Source: an uncultured Deferribacteres bacterium
GTDB taxonomy: Bacteria; Zhuqueibacterota; Zhuqueibacteria; Zhuqueibacterales; Geothermadaptataceae
Assembly (NCBI GenBank): GCA_964014485.1
Contig: CAXHAT010000209.1
Span: 1 to 13,308 of the forward strand
Direction: 5' to 3'
Length of the DNA stretch: 13,308 nt
Shown here: positions 7,397 through 13,308 of the stretch, one piece after another
Layout of the letters: every line of letters begins with the position of its first letter
Position numbering within the stretch: the first letter of the stretch is position 1
The notes under the pieces: model-generated
Seen by the model: only the letters and a program-made list of their open reading frames with translations
Database searches by the model: none
What the model was told of the DNA's origin: nothing
Translations under genes and position numbers: made by a program

Positions 7397-8461
7397 ATGG
7401 CAACGGAAATTAAAGACAAAACCAAAACGCCGCCGCGCCGCCCTGGAAAAGTAAATGGAATCGGTCTCGATCTCAAAACTTACAAAGGCTCAAAGACAAC
7501 GCTTTGCGCCGGTTGCGGGCACAACGCAATTTCCGAGCGTATTATTCAAGCGTTCCATCAAATGAACGTCGACCCTTACGACGTGATGAAATATTCCGGG
7601 ATTGGCTGTTCCAGCAAAGCGCCGACTTATTTCTTGAATCCCTCGCACGGCTTCAATTCAGTGCACGGGCGGATGCCGTCGGTTGCGACGGGCGGGATGG
7701 TGGCGAACCGAAAAATGCTTGGTCTCGGCGTTAGCGGCGACGGCGACACGGCTTCGATTGGCATGGGGCAATTCGTTCATCTCATGCGGCGCAATCTGCC
7801 GTTTATTTATATCATTGAAGACAACGGTTGCTACGGCTTGACCAAAGGCCAGTTCTCCGCAACAGCGGACATTGGCTCCAAAGCAAAATCCGGCGTGATA
7901 AACGAATATCCGCCGATTGACACTTGCCTGTTAGCGATTGAACTCGGCGCGAGTTTTGTGGCCAGAAGTTTTTCCGGCGACAAAAAACAGTTGCTGGCAA
8001 TTCTCAAGGCCGCAATCGCACATCGCGGCACGGCAATGATCGACGTAATTTCGCCGTGCGTTACATTCAATGACCATGACGGATCGACTAAGAGCTATTC
8101 CTACGTGCAAGAGCACGAAGAGTATTTTGACGAAGTCAGCTTTGTGCCCTATTTTGAAGATATTTCCATCGAATACGACGAAGGCGAAACGAAGAGCGTC
8201 ACCATGCACGACGGCTCGACGCTGCTTTTGAGCAAATTGCCCGGCGACTACTCGCCGAACAATCGCTCGCAGGCCATTTCACACTTGCATGCGTCACGGG
8301 AACGAGAAGAAATTGCGACGGGCGTTTTTTACGTTAACCCGGAAATGCCCACGCTTTTCGACGTACTCAACATGGTGGATGAGCCGCTCTATTCGTTGAA
8401 AGAAGATCGCGTGCGGCCAAGCCGGGAATCTCTGCAAAGCATTATGGAAAGTTTGATGTAG
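7397..8461 (+). CDS. korB: 2-oxoacid:ferredoxin oxidoreductase subunit beta (KorB-like)
   Basis: 354 aa; LCAGCG, GIGCS, HGR, TPP-binding GDGD...DNGCYGLTKGQ, SPCVTFN; 6 nt after the alpha subunit. Confidence 0.92.
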   Translation: MATEIKDKTKTPPRRPGKVNGIGLDLKTYKGSKTTLCAGCGHNAISERIIQAFHQMNVDPYDVMKYSGIGCSSKAPTYFLNPSHGFNSVHGRMPSVATGGMVANRKMLGLGVSGDGDTASIGMGQFVHLMRRNLPFIYIIEDNGCYGLTKGQFSATADIGSKAKSGVINEYPPIDTCLLAIELGASFVARSFSGDKKQLLAILKAAIAHRGTAMIDVISPCVTFNDHDGSTKSYSYVQEHEEYFDEVSFVPYFEDISIEYDEGETKSVTMHDGSTLLLSKLPGDYSPNNRSQAISHLHASREREEIATGVFYVNPEMPTLFDVLNMVDEPLYSLKEDRVRPSRESLQSIMESLM

Positions 8462-8488
8462 TTGCAAAGACCGCGCTTATTGACTTTG

Positions 8489-8524
8489 AAAGCCTGTTCA
8501 GAAAAAACTGGACGGGCTTTTTTT
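8489..8524 (+). terminator. Rho-independent terminator after korB
   Basis: AAAGCCTGTTCAG-aaaaaa-CTGGACGGGCTTT stem (two G-U pairs) running into a T7 tract. Confidence 0.85.
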
Positions 8525-8529
8525 GTTGG

Positions 8530-8558
8530 TTGCAATCAACGCCTTCTAGTGCGATATT
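8530..8558 (+). promoter_or_regulatory. Putative sigma70-type promoter for the ZIP transporter
   Basis: TTGCAA (8530-8535), 17-bp spacer, GATATT (8553-8558) preceded by TGn; immediately after the terminator. Confidence 0.3.
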
Positions 8559-8642
8559 GCATGAACAGATGTTGCATTCTCAGGTATTGGCCGCCGTTGG
8601 TCAAATTTGCTCGACACTATAAAATGATAGCTGGGTGAGAAT

Positions 8643-9422
8643 TTGAACATACCTTACGAAATCATTCTCAAGAGCCTGATTGCCGGTATTTTTGCGAGCT
8701 TGGCTTGCGGACTCGGCGCGCTTCCGCTTTTGTTAAAAAGATTTGATCTAAAAAAACACACCGGCTTGGGCTTTGGCCTGGCGGGGGGATTAATGCTCGC
8801 CGCTTCAGTTTATAATCTCATTTTGCCGGGGCTGACGCTCAAAAAAATGGAAATCACAGTGTCGCAGGCGGTTCCAGTGGTTAGCGGCATTTTGTTAGGC
8901 GCGGTGTTTCTCTCGCTCACGGAAAAATACTTGTCGCGTGAACGTTTGGAAACGGCGTTTTGGAAAAGACTTGGCAGCAAAACCGAAATTCTGATTTTTG
9001 TTGCGATGGCCGTTCACAGCATACCGGAAGGCGTCGCGGTCGGCGTGGGATACGCCTCGGACGAAGTGCATCAGGGAACTCTTGGAACGCAATTGGCCAT
9101 TGCTATCGGCATTCATAATATTCCAGAGGGGCTGGCGGTGGCGATCCCGATGCGTGCTGCCGGAGCAAGTATTCAAAAATGCTTCTGGGCCGCTGTTTTG
9201 ACGAGTCTGCCTCAACCCATCGCCGCAGTTCCAGCGACGATTGTCTCCTGGTTTTTCCAGCCGCTCATGCCGGTCTTGATGGGATTCGCCGCCGGTGCGA
9301 TGATTTTTTTAATCCTTCTTGAACTCATCCCGGAAGCGCTTGAAAACGAAGCACCCAACCGTATTGCCTGGGCCGCAACCCTGGGGTTTTGCATCATGCT
9401 TCTTGTTCAGGTCGTTTTGTAA
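8643..9422 (+). CDS. ZIP family (ZupT/GufA-like) divalent metal transporter
   Basis: 259 aa, about 8 hydrophobic segments; GLMLAAS, HSIPEGVAVG, HNIPEGLAVA, AGAMIF-ELIPE; TTG start uncertain. Confidence 0.9.
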   Translation: MNIPYEIILKSLIAGIFASLACGLGALPLLLKRFDLKKHTGLGFGLAGGLMLAASVYNLILPGLTLKKMEITVSQAVPVVSGILLGAVFLSLTEKYLSRERLETAFWKRLGSKTEILIFVAMAVHSIPEGVAVGVGYASDEVHQGTLGTQLAIAIGIHNIPEGLAVAIPMRAAGASIQKCFWAAVLTSLPQPIAAVPATIVSWFFQPLMPVLMGFAAGAMIFLILLELIPEALENEAPNRIAWAATLGFCIMLLVQVVL

Positions 9423-9476
9423 GAACCGCGCCGCTTGATTCTAATAAGATTGCGAAAAGAAAAATAGGGGAGAGTG

Positions 9477-9923
9477 ATGATTGTTGATGATGAGACATTT
9501 TCAATAACACGGTTCAAATCCAACTTTTTCAATGCTCCCGCCGAGCTTCAAGTTTATGCAATCTTTATTTGCATCATCAGCCTGACAAAGTACGGTTTTA
9601 TTTATGTGCTCCCGTCTGAGATACAGCAAAGCTTTTTCCTGAGTTTGAAAGATCATGCCGGCATTGCTTATCTTTTCAGCCTGTTTTGGGCGGGCCATTT
9701 GATCTACACAAAAAGAAATTTTTCGCGCCTTATCTTGATTGTTTTTTTGACCCTCCCGCCAATATTTTTTATCTTCTCTCAATTCAAGAGCGGGCATGTT
9801 CCAGCAGCGCAAGAAAACCCATTGCTTTGGATCTGGCATTTCCTCATACCAGCAGTTTGGATTTGCCTGCTTGCGTCTCCGCGAATAAGCAGATTCTGTC
9901 TTCCATCGAGACTTTGGCGGTAG
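9477..9923 (+). CDS. Hypothetical membrane protein (about 4 TM segments)
   Basis: About 148 aa; GGGGAG RBS at 9467-9472 before GTG 9474/ATG 9477; four hydrophobic stretches; visibly T-rich; no family recognised. Confidence 0.55.
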   Translation: MIVDDETFSITRFKSNFFNAPAELQVYAIFICIISLTKYGFIYVLPSEIQQSFFLSLKDHAGIAYLFSLFWAGHLIYTKRNFSRLILIVFLTLPPIFFIFSQFKSGHVPAAQENPLLWIWHFLIPAVWICLLASPRISRFCLPSRLWR

Positions 9924-9972
9924 TGTTCTGCCGCCGAAAAGCGAAATTATTTGAAGCGTCTGGAGAGAAAAA

Positions 9973-10248
9973 ATGGATGACCTTGATCGATTTATCGAAG
10001 AACTAAAACAAACGGACTCGGCATTTGCAAAAAATTTTGACGAAGGCTATAAGTTGTTCAAGGTCGGCGTTATGTTAAAGCAAGCCAGAATAGAATCAGG
10101 ACGAACGCAGGAAGAAATCGCCAAAAAGCTGGGCGTTAAAAAATCCGCTATTTCGCGTATAGAGAATCACGCTGAAGAAGTCCGATTGTCAACCCTTCAT
10201 AAATATACAGACGCTCTTGGGAAATCCTTACATGTTGTGATTCAGTAA
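9973..10248 (+). CDS. XRE-family HTH protein, HigA-like antitoxin
   Basis: 91 aa; LKQARIESGRTQEEIAKKLGVKKSAISRIEN HTH and RLSTL; acidic N-terminal extension typical of antitoxins paired with RelE/HigB (Gp49-like) toxins; GGAG RBS. Confidence 0.85.
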   Translation: MDDLDRFIEELKQTDSAFAKNFDEGYKLFKVGVMLKQARIESGRTQEEIAKKLGVKKSAISRIENHAEEVRLSTLHKYTDALGKSLHVVIQ

Positions 10249-10364
10249 AGCCGAGAATTCAGAACGCCGATTAACCTCCAAAATTCCGCTTTTCCAGCCC
10301 TCCGATTGTAAACTTACCAGAATGCAAATTTGACAACCGCGAACTGACAGCACCGACTTTTCCC

Positions 10365-11537
10365 ATGAAAACTCTCATGATTGCGCCGCAGCCGTTTTTT
10401 CAGCCGCGGGGCACGCCGTTCAGCGTTTTGCACCGGCTCAAGGCGCTTTCCAAACTCGGCTATAGCATCGATCTCGTGACTTATCCCGTCGGAGCAAATG
10501 TTGAGATCGAGAACGTGCGCATTGTTCGCTCCGCGCCCGTGCCGGGAATCAAGAATATCGCCATCGGCCCGTCGATCCCGAAGATTTTTCTCGATATTTC
10601 GCTTTATCGGAAAGCCGTGCAACTGCTCAAACAGACAAAGTACGATCTGCTGCACACGCACGAAGAAGCCGGGTTTTTTGGCATTCGCTTGAGCAAGAAA
10701 TTCAACACGCTCCATCTTTACGACATGCACAGCAGTCTGCCGCAGCAGTTGAACAATTTCAAATATTCGAACTCCAAATTACTGCTGTCGGCTTTTGAAA
10801 CTCTGGAGAAAAAGACCATCGAAAGCGCGCAGGCGGTGATCACCATTTGCCCGGAACTGCGTGATTACGTCGACACGAAGTTCCCCGGGAAATTCAACAA
10901 ACTGATCGAAAACGTTGGCGACAACAGCATCGTTTTTCAGCGCACACCCGATCTTGAAAACTTGAAGCAGCAATTCAACATCAACGGCCAGCCGATCATT
11001 CTTTACACAGGCACTTTTGAAGCTTATCAAGGGCTGGAATTGCTGATCGAATCGAGCAAGAATGTTTTACAAAAGGCCAAGCATCTGACGTTTTTAGTCG
11101 TTGGCGGGAAGCCAGAGCAGGTGGAAAAATATAAAGAGCAGGCGCGCGCCGCCGGGGTTTTGGAGAATTTCATTTTCACCGGTCAACGTCCGCCGGAAGA
11201 AATTCCGGTTTTTATGAACATGGCCAGCGTCCTGGTTTCGCCGCGCATCGAAGGCAATAACACGCCGCTGAAAATTTATTCATATCTGCGATCTGGCGTG
11301 CCCATCGTCGCGACCAATCATTTGACGCACACGCAAGTGCTCAACAGCGATGTCTCGTTTCTGACCGAAACCACGCCCGAAAGCTTCGCCGACGGCGTCT
11401 TGAGCGCGGTCGAAAATCGTGACGCCGCGAGCAAAATCATCAAACAAGCGCAAGCGCTGGCGGAGCGCGAATACAGCTACGAAGCGTATCTCAAAAAAAC
11501 GCAGGAAGTCTACCAGCATCTCGAAAGAAAACTGTAA
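10365..11537 (+). CDS. Glycosyltransferase family 4 (GT-B fold)
   Basis: 390 aa; IAPQPFFQPRGTP, LHTHEE, YDMHS, LYTGTFEAYQG, VVGG, TPLKIYSYLRSGVPIVAT. Confidence 0.9.
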   Translation: MKTLMIAPQPFFQPRGTPFSVLHRLKALSKLGYSIDLVTYPVGANVEIENVRIVRSAPVPGIKNIAIGPSIPKIFLDISLYRKAVQLLKQTKYDLLHTHEEAGFFGIRLSKKFNTLHLYDMHSSLPQQLNNFKYSNSKLLLSAFETLEKKTIESAQAVITICPELRDYVDTKFPGKFNKLIENVGDNSIVFQRTPDLENLKQQFNINGQPIILYTGTFEAYQGLELLIESSKNVLQKAKHLTFLVVGGKPEQVEKYKEQARAAGVLENFIFTGQRPPEEIPVFMNMASVLVSPRIEGNNTPLKIYSYLRSGVPIVATNHLTHTQVLNSDVSFLTETTPESFADGVLSAVENRDAASKIIKQAQALAEREYSYEAYLKKTQEVYQHLERKL

Positions 11538-11541
11538 CTGT

Positions 11542-11699
11542 TGGAATGATGGAATAGTGGATTACTGGATTGTTGGAATTTCGTACGGACGCCCATTGAT
11601 CCAAAAATCCAACACTCCATTATCCCATAAATACAAGATTCCAAGATTCCAAGGTTCCAAGATTCCAAGATTCCAAGATTCCAATACTCCAACTTTCCA
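11542..11699. repeat. Opposed 8-bp tandem arrays: (TGGAnnnn)x5 facing (nnnnTCCA)x13
   Basis: Left 11542-11581: tggaatga tggaatag tggattac tggattgt tggaattt; right 11596-11699 in 8-bp phase, including AGATTCCA x5 and AGGTTCCA (11636-11683); two right-hand units are degenerate. Confidence 0.92.
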
Positions 11700-11711
11700 G
11701 CAAAGAGAACC

Positions 11712-13308
11712 ATGTGCGGCATTGCCGGATTCATTCATAAAAACCCCGACCAACCTGCTTCCGAGCCGACTCTGCGCCGGATGTGCGACGAAATTACGCA
11801 TCGCGGGCCGGACGAAGACGGTTACTTCGTCAAAGAAAACGTCGCCCTCGGCATGAGAAGGTTGAGCATCATCGATCTCAAAACCGGCCAACAGCCGATC
11901 CCCAACGAGGACAAAAGTGTCTGGATCGTTTTCAACGGCGAGATTTACAATTTCCCCGAATTGCGCGCGGAGCTTGAAGCGAAGGGTCATAAATTTAGGA
12001 CAAAAACTGACACCGAAACCATCGTTCACGCCTACGAAGAATGGGGCGAGGACTGTCCGAAGAAACTCAACGGCATGTTCGGCTTTGCGATCTGGGACGA
12101 GCGCAACCGCCAGCTTTTCATCGCCCGCGACCGCGTCGGGATCAAGCCGATGTACTACTTTGACGGCGAGAAGGATTTCGTTTTTGGCAGCGAACTGAAG
12201 GCGCTTCTGAAAGTCGATTCCGTGCCGCGCGAAGTGGATCGCGAAGCGCTGGATTTGTTTTTGACCTATGAGTACGTTCCCGCGCCCTACAGCATTTTGA
12301 AAGATGTCAAAAAACTGCCCGCCGGTCACACGCTCACGCTGAAAAACGGCAAGACGCGACTGCGGCAGTACTGGGATTTGCGCTTCAACGAAAACGGCCG
12401 CCCGCAAGCGGAGTTGCAGCGCGACTTGATCGATATTTTGCAGGATGCAGTGAAAATGCGCCTGATCAGCGACGTGCCGCTGGGCGCGTTTTTGAGCGGC
12501 GGGATCGATTCCAGCGCCATCGTCGGCCTGATGAGCCGGGTCATGGATCAGCCGGTGAAAACCTTTTCCATCGGCTTTGAAGATTCGAGCTACAACGAGC
12601 TTGGCTACGCCCGCGCGATCGCTGAACATTTCAAAACCGATCACACCGAATTTATCATCAAACCCGACGCGCTGGAGCTGACGGAAAAACTGATTTATCA
12701 CTGCGACGAACCCTTCGGCGATTTTTCGATTTTCCCGACCTATCTCGTTTCGAAAATGGCGCGCGAGCATGTCACGGTCGTGCTTTCCGGCGACGGCGGG
12801 GATGAGCTTTTCGGCGGCTACGACACGTACGTCGCCGACCAAATGGATCGCCTCTACAAACGCTGGGCGCCGTCATTTGTGCGGCGCGGATTGATCGCGC
12901 CGGCAGTCAATCTTTTGCCGCCGACAGATAAGAAAAAGGGATTTGTCAATAAGTCGAAGCGCTTTGTGGAAGGCAGCAATTTGCCGGACGATTTGCAGCA
13001 CACGCGCTGGATGACTTTCCTGGTCGAGCAGGAAAAACAAGCGATGTATCACGCCGACTTCGCGCACAGTCGCAGCGGCAATTTTGCCTTCAATTTCATG
13101 CGCGACTACTTCAAAAAAGCGACGACTCGGGATCGCATCAACCAGCAGTCTTACGTTGACGTCAAAACTTACATGTGCGACGATATTCTGGTGAAAGTCG
13201 ACCGCATGAGCATGGCGACGTCGTTGGAAGCGCGCGTGCCGTTTCTCGACCATCGTGTGGTGGAATTTTCCGGCACGGTGCCGGGCGGAATGAAATTGCA
13301 GGGCAAGA
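11712..13308 (+). CDS. asnB: Asparagine synthase (glutamine-hydrolysing) family amidotransferase, 3'-truncated by the window end (not in ORF track)
   Basis: MCGIAG Ntn Cys2, HRGPD, RRLSIID, FNGEIYNF, ARDRVGIKP, SDVPLGAFLSGGIDSS, LSGDGGDELFGGY, KVDRMSMATSLEARVPFLDH; frame checked consistent at 11712, 12492 and 13191. Confidence 0.95.
   Translation, partial: MCGIAGFIHKNPDQPASEPTLRRMCDEITHRGPDEDGYFVKENVALGMRRLSIIDLKTGQQPIPNEDKSVWIVFNGEIYNFPELRAELEAKGHKFRTKTDTETIVHAYEEWGEDCPKKLNGMFGFAIWDERNRQLFIARDRVGIKPMYYFDGEKDFVFGSELKALLKVDSVPREVDREALDLFLTYEYVPAPYSILKDVKKLPAGHTLTLKNGKTRLRQYWDLRFNENGRPQAELQRDLIDILQDAVKMRLISDVPLGAFLSGGIDSSAIVGLMSRVMDQPVKTFSIGFEDSSYNELGYARAIAEHFKTDHTEFIIKPDALELTEKLIYHCDEPFGDFSIFPTYLVSKMAREHVTVVLSGDGGDELFGGYDTYVADQMDRLYKRWAPSFVRRGLIAPAVNLLPPTDKKKGFVNKSKRFVEGSNLPDDLQHTRWMTFLVEQEKQAMYHADFAHSRSGNFAFNFMRDYFKKATTRDRINQQSYVDVKTYMCDDILVKVDRMSMATSLEARVPFLDHRVVEFSGTVPGGMKLQGK

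Noticed and set aside
5555..8461. Functional link between the oxidoreductase (2-oxoglutarate supply) and the lysine operon
   Set aside because: Separated by unrelated genes, on the opposite strand, and substrate unknown; proximity alone is not evidence.
11542..11699. CRISPR array interpretation of the repeats
   Set aside because: The period is 8 bp with no 25-45-bp repeats or unique spacers, and there are no cas genes in the window.
11419..11856. 145-aa + ORF and 74-aa - ORF (11510-11734) with KIPRFQ / WNLGILE repeats
   Set aside because: The peptide repeats are by-products of the 8-bp DNA array, and the ORFs overlap real genes.
11562..12842. 426-aa minus-strand ORF, plus 12873-13253
   Set aside because: Antisense shadows of the motif-rich asnB frame; no recognisable domains, and the tail translates the octamer repeat.

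Overview
Bacterial chromosomal window of moderate GC, mostly housekeeping. In order: (1) a minus-strand lysW-lysX-lysY operon, the carrier-protein (alpha-aminoadipate) route to lysine; the 57-aa lysW is absent from the ORF track; (2) a divergent secreted or anchored paraoxonase (PON1)-like lactonase/arylesterase and a convergent cupin lipoprotein; (3) a divergent-looking DUF72 protein ending in a beta-clamp-like QLDFF motif; (4) a 2-oxoacid:ferredoxin oxidoreductase alpha/beta pair with a terminator; (5) a ZIP metal transporter, a small membrane protein and an orphan HigA-like XRE gene; (6) the start of a probable surface-polysaccharide locus (GT4 glycosyltransferase plus an AsnB-type amidotransferase that runs off the window and is also absent from the ORF track). 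Several spacers carry different small palindromic or repeat elements: a 27-bp perfect hairpin, a GCAGAG-unit inverted repeat, a GTAG REP inside MITE-like ends, and opposed 8-bp tandem arrays. I see no complete novel multi-gene system. The best leads are the PON-like enzyme, the degenerate DUF72 and the intergenic repeat elements. All family assignments come from motif recognition, not database searches.
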